DNA of 40,857 bases. Origin: an uncultured Candidatus Saccharibacteria bacterium. Its GTDB lineage: Bacteria > Patescibacteriota > Saccharimonadia > Saccharimonadales > Saccharimonadaceae. A model generated the notes under the pieces. It was given only the letters and a program-made list of their open reading frames with translations. It did not search any database and had not been told where the DNA came from. Positions 19,590 to 28,658 of this stretch are shown here, one piece after another; the first letter of the stretch is position 1; each line of letters starts with the position of its first letter. The DNA lies in the NCBI GenBank assembly GCA_963517175.1, contig CAUQEY010000001.1, positions 1 to 40,857 of the forward strand, given 5' to 3'. A program made the position numbers and the translations under genes.

Positions 19590-21011
19590 CTAAAGATGGT
19601 CGATTACACAAAAATATCGACCAGCTCTTAACCAAGTTAAATCAGATACTGGAACTTGTCCGGAAGGACCACACCCTTGGTAATTTGTACGGCCTGCAAA
19701 CATACCTTCGTAACTTACCACGCTTTCCGTATTCCAAATATCAGCCCCTGTTGCCCAATATTGGCCCATCGAAAAAATCTTCACCTTATTTTCTTGATCA
19801 GTAGCAAACATGTAGTCTAGTTTTTTTACTTTCTTTGTTTTATATCCAAAAGCATCATCTAAATATACTATATTTGACCCATTAACGCCAAAGAACATAT
19901 AACTTAAATCTTCTGCATTAGTTAAATTTAATCTACTTGCAGCTGTAATATCCCAAAGCTGTCTAGACCTAGCAAACATTCCCGACATATCCACTACATT
20001 TTCCGTATCAAAGAATCTCGGCCAATCATAACCAGTGGGTATTTTCTCCAAGCCAGTATCCGCAAACATTTCATGCATATTAGTGACTTTTTCCGTCTTA
20101 AATATATATTTTCCGAAATTTATGGTTTTGAGTTTCGGGTTTTTCGAAAACATATTGGCGGTAGTAGTAGCAAAAGAAGCATTAAGCTGAGTAGTGTCGA
20201 TAGATTCTAGATTAGAAAAACCATCGAACATCTTTTCACTATTTTCATTCAAATAGGCAAAGCTTGCAGAAGTCCAATAATAAACAGTCTTCTCTGATTG
20301 GTCGTACCAAATCTTAAATTCACCCTTCACATCGGCATTGGTTGCGATATTTTTCACATTTTTGCCTTCCGGTATAGTATTAGAAGATTTTATATGGACT
20401 ACATTCTCCTCGCCACCAGCTATCTCCTTGATATCCTTATTAAATTCGATACCCGATGACAGATTAGCGATTTGATTGGATACTACCGAATAAACAATGG
20501 TATTTTTATAATTAGCGGGCTTAATATTCTCATTCAATTTAATCGCATAGTAAGTCTTTACTACTCTACTGTCTTGACCTTTTGTATTTGCAATAAGCTT
20601 TGGATGATGTTTATCTGGAATTGGTTGATAATTCGTACCATCAGTGCTGAGACCCCAGCTATTTTCTTGAAAATTATCTAGTGTTAAGTTTTCGGAGATA
20701 GATTTAATTTCATCATTAACGAATTTTTCCTCATTGACAAGTGATGTGGTATCGTTTTTTGCATGAATTGAGACCGTGAAACCACTGTCTTCTGCGCCCT
20801 GAACATATAATCCAGCTGGCATCTGAATTGATTTCGAATCTGAATCTAGAATGTCTCTGCCGTCCGCACTAGTATTAGTATTCCAGGTAAAAAATGCAGA
20901 CAGTTCACTGGCGTGAGTATTATCAGTGTTTAAAACAACGCCAGATAAACTCATCACAAACAACAAAATAGCATACTTTAAAATGTGTTTATTTTTACTA
21001 AAAAATAACAT
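19590..21011 (-). CDS. Secreted BspA/DUF285-type LRR protein (5-6 irregular repeats)
   Basis: Signal peptide ending THA, shared N-domain, VTNMHEMF and VVDMSGMF repeats, divergent C-cap WLRAGRYF. Visibly AT-rich. Confidence 0.8.
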   Translation of the reverse strand: MLFFSKNKHILKYAILLFVMSLSGVVLNTDNTHASELSAFFTWNTNTSADGRDILDSDSKSIQMPAGLYVQGAEDSGFTVSIHAKNDTTSLVNEEKFVNDEIKSISENLTLDNFQENSWGLSTDGTNYQPIPDKHHPKLIANTKGQDSRVVKTYYAIKLNENIKPANYKNTIVYSVVSNQIANLSSGIEFNKDIKEIAGGEENVVHIKSSNTIPEGKNVKNIATNADVKGEFKIWYDQSEKTVYYWTSASFAYLNENSEKMFDGFSNLESIDTTQLNASFATTTANMFSKNPKLKTINFGKYIFKTEKVTNMHEMFADTGLEKIPTGYDWPRFFDTENVVDMSGMFARSRQLWDITAASRLNLTNAEDLSYMFFGVNGSNIVYLDDAFGYKTKKVKKLDYMFATDQENKVKIFSMGQYWATGADIWNTESVVSYEGMFAGRTNYQGCGPSGQVPVSDLTWLRAGRYFCVIDHL

Positions 21012-21085
21012 GAAACCTTCCTCTCCTTTTAACTAAGTTTAGCATAAGTGTAATAAAAGAGAAGACTTGAAATTTTTATTAATCA

Positions 21086-21982
21086 TTATTCTTCATATTT
21101 TTCAGCTTGAAATTCAGCGTCAATCATCCAATGACCACGGAGGCGAAAGGCTGGAATGGTGCCACGAATCGCCTTGTTGGTGGCTGATTGAACGCTCATT
21201 TGATTTTGCTTCGCCCAGTCGGAGACGGAGATAATTTTCGGCGCAGTGAGACGAGTGATGCGGCGATAGAGAGCCTCAATGAGAAGTTTAGCAAAAAATT
21301 CTGATAATTGATCGAGTTTGTTGAGTTTTGAATATTCTTCTAGAGCTGGATAATATTCCTCATTTTTCGATTTATTAGGAATCAAAATAGGCGGCAGATT
21401 AAGTAGGTCTAATTGTTCATTAATTAGAAGTCGACCGATTCGACCATTACCATCGATGAACGGATGAATATTTTCAAATTCGGCGTGAAAATAGACGATT
21501 TTATCGAGAAAATATTGGTCGTCTGGCGCGTTATATTTTTCAACTAAATCCAACATAAAACCGTGGACGAACTTAGGATTCGCACCGAGATGACTACCTA
21601 CACGCACCCATTCCTTATTGGTGCGAAACCGACCCGCAGCATCATCACGAATATTTTGCAATAAAATACTGTGAAGTTTAAGAATTAGTGGCACAGAAAT
21701 TTCAGTTTCCGGATTATCCAGAAGAAACTTCATAGCTTTCGCGAGATTGGTGGCTTCAAAAATCTCACGAATCTGATGATCGGTGCGGATCTGGTGACGT
21801 ATTAAAATATCTTCTGTATCTTCGAGGGTAAGAGTAGAGTTTTCAATGGCATTGGAATTATAGACCATCTCTGGAAGCTCAACAAGACTTAGTTCCCTAA
21901 TTCCGGAAGCATAGTTTGGCACCAAATCACGGTATCGTTCAATCAGAAAATCGAGTTTTTGCCGAAGAGAGTTACTAGTCAT
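21086..21982 (-). CDS. Fic-family protein (class II-like) with C-terminal HTH-like extension
   Basis: Canonical HPFIDGNGRIGR motif; N-terminal inhibitory SNAIEN; C-terminal SVSDWAK...RGTIPAFRLRGHWMI resembling an excisionase/HTH_17 domain. Confidence 0.9.
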   Translation of the reverse strand: MTSNSLRQKLDFLIERYRDLVPNYASGIRELSLVELPEMVYNSNAIENSTLTLEDTEDILIRHQIRTDHQIREIFEATNLAKAMKFLLDNPETEISVPLILKLHSILLQNIRDDAAGRFRTNKEWVRVGSHLGANPKFVHGFMLDLVEKYNAPDDQYFLDKIVYFHAEFENIHPFIDGNGRIGRLLINEQLDLLNLPPILIPNKSKNEEYYPALEEYSKLNKLDQLSEFFAKLLIEALYRRITRLTAPKIISVSDWAKQNQMSVQSATNKAIRGTIPAFRLRGHWMIDAEFQAEKYEE

Positions 21983-21988
21983 AACTCT

Positions 21989-22035
21989 ATTATAGCAAAA
22001 CCGTTTAAAATTGTCATTTTCGATGATTTTAAACG
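21989..22035 (-). promoter_or_regulatory. fic promoter overlapped by an inverted repeat
   Basis: ATGACA-N17-TATAAT-N6-ATG; CGTTTAAAAT (22002-22011) and ATTTTAAACG (22026-22035) flank the -35 box. Confidence 0.65.
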
Positions 22036-22036
22036 C

Positions 22037-24520
22037 TTATGGTTTCTGAGTGAAGTAGCCCTTAGCGCCTGGGCGGTCGATGCGAAGCCAAGTTTTGTCG
22101 GCAGACGCAGGATTCACGAGGAAGGAGCCATTGCCACCACGTAGTTTAAGCTGATTTCGAAATACATTATCAAATTCAGTACCAGCAGAAATGTTAAAAT
22201 CTTGACTGACGTAAATTTTTTCCAATTTAGTTTCGAGCGGGCGCGAGGAAGCAAACATGTTGCTAAATTTATTCACCTTCGCAGTATTAAAATTACTCAA
22301 ATCAAGTTCGGTAAGACTATTCGTATCTGTAAACATGCCACGCATATCTGTCACACTAGCCGTAGAAAAACGTCCGCCGAGATTGATTGAGGATAAAGCC
22401 GCCATGCCGGAAAAAATATCTTGCATATTATGGACCTTACTAGTGTCAAGATGACTGAAGTCAAGATTTTCGAGCTTACTAGTACTATAAAACATACGAT
22501 ACATGGATTCTACTTTACTGGTATCGAAGGACGAAATGTTGAGATTTTTTAGCTCAAACATATAGCTAAACATGGATGCCATATTTGTCACATTCCTAGT
22601 ATCAAACTGTGAAAGATCCAGACTGACCAACTTACGATCATTAAAGAACATATTATACAAACTGTTTGCCTTAGAAGTATTAAAATTGTGTCCAAGCTCA
22701 AGACTAGTGAGATTCAGCATGCCACTAAACATACCAGCCATACTAATACTTTCACTGGTATTAAAAGTCGAGACATCAAGTGAAGTGAGGTTCGAGCAGG
22801 CATTAAACATATTGGTAAAATCTGTAACTTTTCTAGTATCAAAACTCGAAAGATCAATTTCCTGCAATTGATTACAATTATTGAACATACTATTCATATT
22901 AGTGACATTACTAGTCTGGAAATTAGGGCTTAAAATAATCTTTTTTACATTACTCATACCGCTAAACATAGCACTCGTAGTAATCACTTTTCTGGTATCA
23001 AAATTCGAGAGATCAAGCTCCTCCAGAAGGATGCAGTTTGAAAACATGCTGGCCATATTTGTCACATTGTGAGTCTTAAATTTGTCACTAATTTTAAAAT
23101 CGGTCATTGAGCGGAGATTACCAAACATGGAGAGCATGTTGGTGACCTTAGAAGTATCAAAATTACGGATATCGAGGCTAGTGAGCTTGGTAGCGCCACC
23201 AAACATGGTTTGCATATTGGTGACCTTAGTCGTATCAAAACTCGAAACATTCAGACTAGTGAGATTACCACAATCCTTAAACATTTCCTGCATATTAACA
23301 ACATTAGCGGTATTAAAATTCCCTAAATCTAGTGACATTATATTACTTGCGCCACTAAACATATTGCCCATATCTTTTACATTGGCAGTATCGAAATTCG
23401 AGAGATCAAGATTCTGCAAAGAGGAAACGCCCATAAACATACGAGAGAAGCTTTTAACATTTTTCGTTTTAAAACTAGAAATATTGAGATTTTTCAGGGA
23501 TCCCATATAGGCAAACATATTAGTCATCGCAGTGACACGGGAAGTTTTAAAGGTAGAAAGATCTAGGTTTACCACACTTCTGGCGTTATTAAACATAAAA
23601 GACATATCCTTCACGTAACGTGTATCGAGTCCAGACAAATCAATATCAGTAATATTAAGGATGTTATTAAAAATCTGACGTGAGTCTTCATTCATGTAGA
23701 CGCGGTCATTCTCGCAATAGTAGTAAACTGTTTTGTCTGCCGGATCAAACCAAGCTAAAATTTCATAGCTTGACTCATCAGAATCTTCAATATTGATAGT
23801 TTTCATGGCAGCCGTCGGTGCGGTCGGGCTTCGCTTGAACCCCTTAATAGCATGCAAATTGGTGCCGGCAAGGATTGCACTACGAGCAATTTTCTGGTTT
23901 AAATCCGGTCCTCTTGTGAGCGTAGCGTTGGTACCGGCATTATTATTTGAAATAACCGAAATCATGAGTGTGTTTTTATAACTACCGCTCAAAAGATCGG
24001 TACCCAAATTCATGCCAATGGTAATATTCTTGACTTCATTGCCATCAGTTTTTTCATCAGAGTTAAAAAGATTGGTCGGACTGGCAACTGAACCTATTGG
24101 TCGAAAATCAGCCTCATCATCCATTTTATAACCCCAGGTCTTAGCCGGGAAATTATTTAGAGTATTGTCACTCGGAATTGAATTAATCTTATCGGTAACA
24201 GTAGAATTCGGGCTAACGAGTGCAGTATTATTCGAATCGGTACTAATAATGATGCGGTAGCCACTTTTATCGTTAGAGTTAACAGTTAGTTTCGTGGTCG
24301 CTTCCTGAAGTTGTGGATTCGCGGAGCGATCATCATTACCGTGAAATACCGCCGATGACTGATTAAGAGCCGCAGACAAAGACGGCGTAAAGAGAGCGTA
24401 AGTTTGGGGAGCAAAAATCATGTTCAAGCTAAAAATTGAGGCCGTTAGGGTAAAAAAGCCGGCGAGACTTTTCAGCCATGAACGGGTGATTCGCAGTTTT
24501 TGATTTTTATCGCTCGTCAT
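22037..24520 (-). CDS. Secreted BspA/DUF285-type LRR protein (about 18 repeats)
   Basis: Signal peptide ending TYA, shared N-domain, 18 counted repeats of 26-27 aa, C-cap LRGGNGS...ADKTWLRIDRPGAKGYFTQKP. Start set to ATG 24520 because the longer ORF overlaps the rpsJ terminator. Confidence 0.9.
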   Translation of the reverse strand: MTSDKNQKLRITRSWLKSLAGFFTLTASIFSLNMIFAPQTYALFTPSLSAALNQSSAVFHGNDDRSANPQLQEATTKLTVNSNDKSGYRIIISTDSNNTALVSPNSTVTDKINSIPSDNTLNNFPAKTWGYKMDDEADFRPIGSVASPTNLFNSDEKTDGNEVKNITIGMNLGTDLLSGSYKNTLMISVISNNNAGTNATLTRGPDLNQKIARSAILAGTNLHAIKGFKRSPTAPTAAMKTINIEDSDESSYEILAWFDPADKTVYYYCENDRVYMNEDSRQIFNNILNITDIDLSGLDTRYVKDMSFMFNNARSVVNLDLSTFKTSRVTAMTNMFAYMGSLKNLNISSFKTKNVKSFSRMFMGVSSLQNLDLSNFDTANVKDMGNMFSGASNIMSLDLGNFNTANVVNMQEMFKDCGNLTSLNVSSFDTTKVTNMQTMFGGATKLTSLDIRNFDTSKVTNMLSMFGNLRSMTDFKISDKFKTHNVTNMASMFSNCILLEELDLSNFDTRKVITTSAMFSGMSNVKKIILSPNFQTSNVTNMNSMFNNCNQLQEIDLSSFDTRKVTDFTNMFNACSNLTSLDVSTFNTSESISMAGMFSGMLNLTSLELGHNFNTSKANSLYNMFFNDRKLVSLDLSQFDTRNVTNMASMFSYMFELKNLNISSFDTSKVESMYRMFYSTSKLENLDFSHLDTSKVHNMQDIFSGMAALSSINLGGRFSTASVTDMRGMFTDTNSLTELDLSNFNTAKVNKFSNMFASSRPLETKLEKIYVSQDFNISAGTEFDNVFRNQLKLRGGNGSFLVNPASADKTWLRIDRPGAKGYFTQKP

Positions 24521-24560
24521 GCAGGATAATTTTAACATAAAGATTATCGTAAAACAAATC

Positions 24561-24588
24561 AAAAATCCCAATACTAGATTGGGATTTT
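24561..24588 (-). terminator. rpsJ terminator
   Basis: AAAATCCCAAT-actag-ATTGGGATTTT. Confidence 0.8.
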
Positions 24589-24607
24589 CAAGTAATTTAT
24601 GTTTTAA

Positions 24608-24931
24608 TTACATTTTGATTTCGGCATCAACACCAGCTGGCAAAGACAAGTTTTGAAGTGCATCAATAGTCTTTGGGGTAGCATTGGTGATGTCGATGAG
24701 ACGCTTGTGAATCTTCATTTCGAAAGCTTCACCACCGGTCTTGTAAACGTGAGGTGATTTCACCACAGTAAAAGTACTGCGCTTAGTTGGTAGTGGGACT
24801 GGGCCAGAAACGGCGGCACCAGTACGGATAGCGGTATCGACGATTTGCTTAGCGCTTTGGTCGATTACACGATGGTCGTAGGCTTTGAGACGAATACGGA
24901 TTTTCAAGCCTTCGTTTTTTGCGTCTGCCAT
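24608..24931 (-). CDS. rpsJ: 30S ribosomal protein S10
   Basis: [38 protein letters not shown]. Confidence 0.99.
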   Translation of the reverse strand: MADAKNEGLKIRIRLKAYDHRVIDQSAKQIVDTAIRTGAAVSGPVPLPTKRSTFTVVKSPHVYKTGGEAFEMKIHKRLIDITNATPKTIDALQNLSLPAGVDAEIKM

Positions 24932-25009
24932 GTTTTCCTTCTAATTCTATAACTTCAGATGCTTGGAGCGTCAATGAGTTTTTAGAATTCAATTAATAAT
25001 AGTAGATTT

Positions 25010-25038
25010 ATTTTACGATAAAAACAGAGGTTCGTCAA
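25010..25038 (-). promoter_or_regulatory. rpsJ sigma70 promoter
   Basis: TTGACG-N17-TAAAAT immediately after the tuf terminator. Confidence 0.75.
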
Positions 25039-25041
25039 GAC

Positions 25042-25073
25042 AAAAAAATACCTCCCCCGAAGGAGAGGTATTT
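25042..25073 (-). terminator. tuf terminator
   Basis: AAATACCTC...GAGGTATTT hairpin with a long U-tract on the minus strand. Confidence 0.8.
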
Positions 25074-25086
25074 AGGCTGTTATAGA

Positions 25087-26271
25087 TTATTTGATAATCT
25101 TGGTAACAACACCAGAACCGACAGTACGGCCACCTTCGCGGATAGCGAAACGGTCGTTGTTGTTCATAGCGATAGCTGAAAGAAGCTTGACCTGGAAGGT
25201 AACGGTGTCACCTGGCATGACGATTTCTTTGTCAGCTGGAAGTTCGACTTCACCGGTTACATCGGTAGTACGGAAGTAGAATTGTGGCTTGTAACCCTTT
25301 GAGAATGGGGTGTGGCGGCCGCCTTCTTCTTTCTTCAAGATGTAAACCTGAGCTTCGAATTCAGTGTGTGGGGTGATAGAACCTGGCTTAGCAATAACCT
25401 GACCACGTTCGATTTGTTCGCGTTCGATACCACGGAGCAAGAGACCGGCGTTATCACCAGCTTCACCTTCGTTAAGAGTCTTGTGGAAAGCCTCGATACC
25501 GGTAACGACAGACTTTTGAGTTGGCTTCAAACCAACGATTTCAACTTCGTCGTTCAATTTGACAACACCCTGTTCGATACGACCAGTAGCGACGGTACCA
25601 CGACCCTTGATGGAGAAGACATCTTCGATTGGCATCAAGAATGGTTTGTCAAGATCGTGTTCAGGAATGTCAAAGTATTCATCCATAGCGTGGACGAGAT
25701 CCATGATGCGGTCTTCCATTTCGGTGTCGCCTTCAAGAGCCTTAAGAGCAGAGCCCTTGATGATTGGAGCGTTGTCACCGTCGAAGCCGTACTTGTTCAA
25801 AAGTTCACGGACATCCATTTCAACGAGCTCAACGAGTTCTGGGTCAGCAAGATCCATCTTGTTGAGGAAGACAATGATTTTTGGTACGTTCACCTGGTGA
25901 GCAAGAAGTACGTGCTCACGAGTTTGTGGAAGTGGACCATCGTTAGCAGCAACTACGAGGATAGCACCATCGATTTGAGCAGCACCGGTAATCATGTTCT
26001 TGATGTAGTCGGCGTGGCCTGGCATATCTACGTGAGCGTAGTGACGCTTTTCTGATTCGTACTCTTGGTGAGAGGTAGCAATGGTAATACCACGAGCTTT
26101 TTCTTCTGGAGCGTTGTCGATCTGATCGTAAGCAACTGATTTGTTAACTTCAGATGGGAGGCGCTTCGCAAGTACGGTGGTAATAGCAGCAGTAAGAGTA
26201 GTCTTACCGTGGTCAACGTGACCCATAGTACCAACGTTAATGTGTGGCTTGGAACGGTCGAAATTTGCCAT
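25087..26271 (-). CDS. tuf: Elongation factor Tu
   Basis: [47 protein letters not shown]. Confidence 0.99.
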   Translation of the reverse strand: MANFDRSKPHINVGTMGHVDHGKTTLTAAITTVLAKRLPSEVNKSVAYDQIDNAPEEKARGITIATSHQEYESEKRHYAHVDMPGHADYIKNMITGAAQIDGAILVVAANDGPLPQTREHVLLAHQVNVPKIIVFLNKMDLADPELVELVEMDVRELLNKYGFDGDNAPIIKGSALKALEGDTEMEDRIMDLVHAMDEYFDIPEHDLDKPFLMPIEDVFSIKGRGTVATGRIEQGVVKLNDEVEIVGLKPTQKSVVTGIEAFHKTLNEGEAGDNAGLLLRGIEREQIERGQVIAKPGSITPHTEFEAQVYILKKEEGGRHTPFSKGYKPQFYFRTTDVTGEVELPADKEIVMPGDTVTFQVKLLSAIAMNNNDRFAIREGGRTVGSGVVTKIIK

Positions 26272-26386
26272 TCTTTATTATTCTCCTTTAATATTATTCT
26301 CCTTGGCACTAATATTAACCAGCCAAGAAGCTAGATATATCTATATATTAATAGATTTTAAAGAATAAGTAAAGAGAGAAATCCAG

Positions 26387-26411
26387 AAAAAAGGCGCCAA
26401 ATTGACGCCTT
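26387..26411 (-). terminator. Probable terminator upstream of the tuf promoter
   Basis: AAGGCG...CGCCTT hairpin with a U-tract on the minus strand. Confidence 0.55.
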
Positions 26412-26486
26412 GACAGTTAGTTTTTCGATGTTGTAGTAAAATTAGCCCAGATGGGCTGGTGTGATTTTTAATTTAAATTTGCAGTT

Positions 26487-26849
26487 TTAATCTTCTGGTA
26501 CGACTTTGACCAAATCATGGCGTTCACGATCCCACTCACAGCCACAGCCATAATCATCAAAATCAACTTCGTCGTCTGCGATTTTAGGGATTCTGTTCTT
26601 GGGGCTTCTATCAAACTGAAAATGATAGCAACCCTGGTCCAGTTCTTCATCGATTCTAGCAATTCTTTCCGCTAGAAGTTTCTCGTGTTGATGATAGAGA
26701 ATGAAAACTAGCGCCGGAAGTAAGGTCAGCACGATCCAACCACAGACAAAAATATCAATCCGCAGAATCAGAATAATGCGAAAATAGTTCAGCACCAGAC
26801 AGAATAGACCAGCCAAAAAACACGACAATGTAACTAGTATTGCAAACAT
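26487..26849 (-). CDS. Hypothetical membrane protein (two TM helices, acidic C-terminus with CGC)
   Basis: AAGGGGG RBS, TGGTAGAAT extended -10 upstream, hydrophobic N-half. Confidence 0.6.
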   Translation of the reverse strand: MFAILVTLSCFLAGLFCLVLNYFRIILILRIDIFVCGWIVLTLLPALVFILYHQHEKLLAERIARIDEELDQGCYHFQFDRSPKNRIPKIADDEVDFDDYGCGCEWDRERHDLVKVVPED

Positions 26850-26966
26850 ACAATTTCCCCCTTTTCTAAAGAACTTACTGATTTTTCCATTTTTTTGAAA
26901 AACTAACCTGCATATTCTACCATATTTTGCGCTTTTTTGCCAGTAATTAATCCATTTATGTTAAAA

Positions 26967-26995
26967 TTGACTTTTTTGTGAAAAAATTGTAGAAT
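26967..26995 (+). promoter_or_regulatory. Sigma70 promoter of the lipoprotein gene
   Basis: TTGACT-N17-TAGAAT. Confidence 0.75.
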
Positions 26996-27045
26996 ATAGC
27001 TAACTTTTAGGCCACTTAAACCTACGCACGTTAAAATGGAGGTGC

Positions 27046-28542
27046 ATGATGAAGAGACAATTCCTGTTTTTGTCACTCGCTCTCGGCTTAGTTGCTTGCA
27101 ACGCCCAGAGTAAAACCGTAGTTCCGGAGACTTCCGAAGTAGAAACTACCGCGAAAGCGGAAGTGAAGCATGAAGAAGAAACCGATAATCCATACGAGAT
27201 GGATGCTCAACTGACGGCAGCGGTGGATGCTTCCGAATTCGGTGGCGGCGAAGTAGCCGGACCGATTAGGGATGCCACGCCTGACGTATTAGAAGCTAGA
27301 CGAGCAGCCAGAAATGATTATGGATTAGCACCGTTAAAGGACCCCGACCCAGGTAGGTCACGCCCAGGCACATTCCAAATGGTTTCTGAATTTAATATCA
27401 GAGCAGTGGAAGACCTGAGAGATCGACTTGTATCGCAATCTGGCAGCTATATCTCTGATTTTATGGTGCCAAGTAACGTAATTCTCTTCCCGAAGCATTT
27501 AACTCAAAGTATCAGAGGAAATTCTGTGCTCGAAGTAAATACCGATGCCGGAGAGAATAGCTATTACCACTATCGGAATATACCGACTTATATCAAGGAT
27601 GGTACTGACGCTGGGTTCCTAGATCCATATCTGAATGGCCGCACGCCAAACTTTACCGGAGCTGACGGAATTAATTATACGCAGTTCCTGGTGCAGAATT
27701 TGGTAGATGAATTTCACACTACTAATTACGACCCCATGGAGCCGATTGAACCAGATGAACCGGACACTATTTCTTTTACGGCGGAGTATATGCTGAGACG
27801 TATTAAGCAAGAAGCTTCTGAGCCACTTCCCACCCATCAGAAAAATGACCCAAAGACCTACACTAGATTTGGCGAGTTTGACCTGGTTGGCTATATGAGA
27901 GATAACGGGTTCAACCTCAGATTAGCTGATAGCTTCCCGGCACTGGACGTCTATACCTTTATTTGCGAAGCGAATCCGAAATTAATGATTCGGTTCGATG
28001 CAAATTATGGAGCGGAGGGTAAGCAGATAAACGATCTTGGCAACATGGCAGATTTTGAAAAACGTCTGGTACCCTACCGCATTGATTCACGCCGACATAT
28101 AAGCGGGCTGTTTTACGGTATTGGTGTAAATGGGATTGAAGTCTACTATGTGAAAGATGACCGGCTTTTCCCAAATTCCGGCTATGGCAGAACTGATGCG
28201 AGACCGGAAGATTTCTATCACGTGATGCACAAGATGAAACTTACGGATATTGATCATAATGGTGGACCCTATTTTTCTAATGATGGTAATGTTTTATTGC
28301 TGTCACCAGAACTTTCGAGTTTCTATGCAGAGATGCAGTTGAAGCGTTTTATCGAGAATAATCCTAACTATGACCCGTCGAAGGATCAATATCGTGCATT
28401 GTATTATGTACGTGAAGATTCGGTGGATTTGATCAGGCGAGTAGTGGAGCGTACTAATGCTCTGGTTGGGCACGAGTCTAACCTTAATCGCGATGATTTG
28501 TTTAAGGATATCGACGCAAATGTAGTCGTAAGACGAAATTAA
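27046..28542 (+). CDS. Hypothetical protein with lipoprotein-type signal peptide
   Basis: MMKRQFLFLSLALGLVA-C lipobox, E/T-rich linker, GGAGGTG RBS, own promoter and terminator. No family recognised. Confidence 0.75.
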   Translation: MMKRQFLFLSLALGLVACNAQSKTVVPETSEVETTAKAEVKHEEETDNPYEMDAQLTAAVDASEFGGGEVAGPIRDATPDVLEARRAARNDYGLAPLKDPDPGRSRPGTFQMVSEFNIRAVEDLRDRLVSQSGSYISDFMVPSNVILFPKHLTQSIRGNSVLEVNTDAGENSYYHYRNIPTYIKDGTDAGFLDPYLNGRTPNFTGADGINYTQFLVQNLVDEFHTTNYDPMEPIEPDEPDTISFTAEYMLRRIKQEASEPLPTHQKNDPKTYTRFGEFDLVGYMRDNGFNLRLADSFPALDVYTFICEANPKLMIRFDANYGAEGKQINDLGNMADFEKRLVPYRIDSRRHISGLFYGIGVNGIEVYYVKDDRLFPNSGYGRTDARPEDFYHVMHKMKLTDIDHNGGPYFSNDGNVLLLSPELSSFYAEMQLKRFIENNPNYDPSKDQYRALYYVREDSVDLIRRVVERTNALVGHESNLNRDDLFKDIDANVVVRRN

Positions 28543-28550
28543 TCTCCAAA

Positions 28551-28580
28551 AAAGAGCCTCGCAGAAATGCGGGGCTTTTT
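28551..28580 (+). terminator. Terminator of the lipoprotein gene
   Basis: AGCCTCGCA-gaaa-TGCGGGGCT-TTTT. Confidence 0.85.
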
Positions 28581-28618
28581 GATGTAAAATATTTTTTGAA
28601 TTTTTGCGTTTTATAGAT

Positions 28619-28648
28619 AAAAAAATAACCTCCGGAGAGGTTATTTTT
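28619..28648 (-). terminator. fusA terminator
   Basis: AAAAATAACCTC-cgga-GAGGTTATTTTT. Confidence 0.85.
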
Positions 28649-28658
28649 AAGAGGTTAC

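Noticed and set aside
21086..21982. Fic protein as a Doc-like EF-Tu kinase because tuf is nearby
   Set aside because: The motif is the canonical GNGRxxR AMPylase type, not Doc's GNKR; proximity alone is not evidence.
22260..23650. Roughly 78-bp periodicity suggesting a CRISPR array or DNA repeat
   Set aside because: It is the coding periodicity of 26-aa LRR units with synonymous divergence; there are no identical repeats with spacers and no cas genes.
16103..24520. Diversity-generating retroelement or shufflon acting on the LRR genes
   Set aside because: No reverse transcriptase, invertase, adenine-specific TR/VR pair or inverted recombination sites seen; all genes are full length and co-oriented.
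17876..24571. ORF-track upstream starts at 17938 and 24571 (also 7698)
   Set aside because: These extensions run through terminator hairpins and promoter boxes; downstream ATGs give proper signal peptides or an RBS.
26272..27045. tRNA or other structured RNA near tuf
   Set aside because: No cloverleaf or T-loop motif found; the space is accounted for by a small ORF, promoters and short hairpins.
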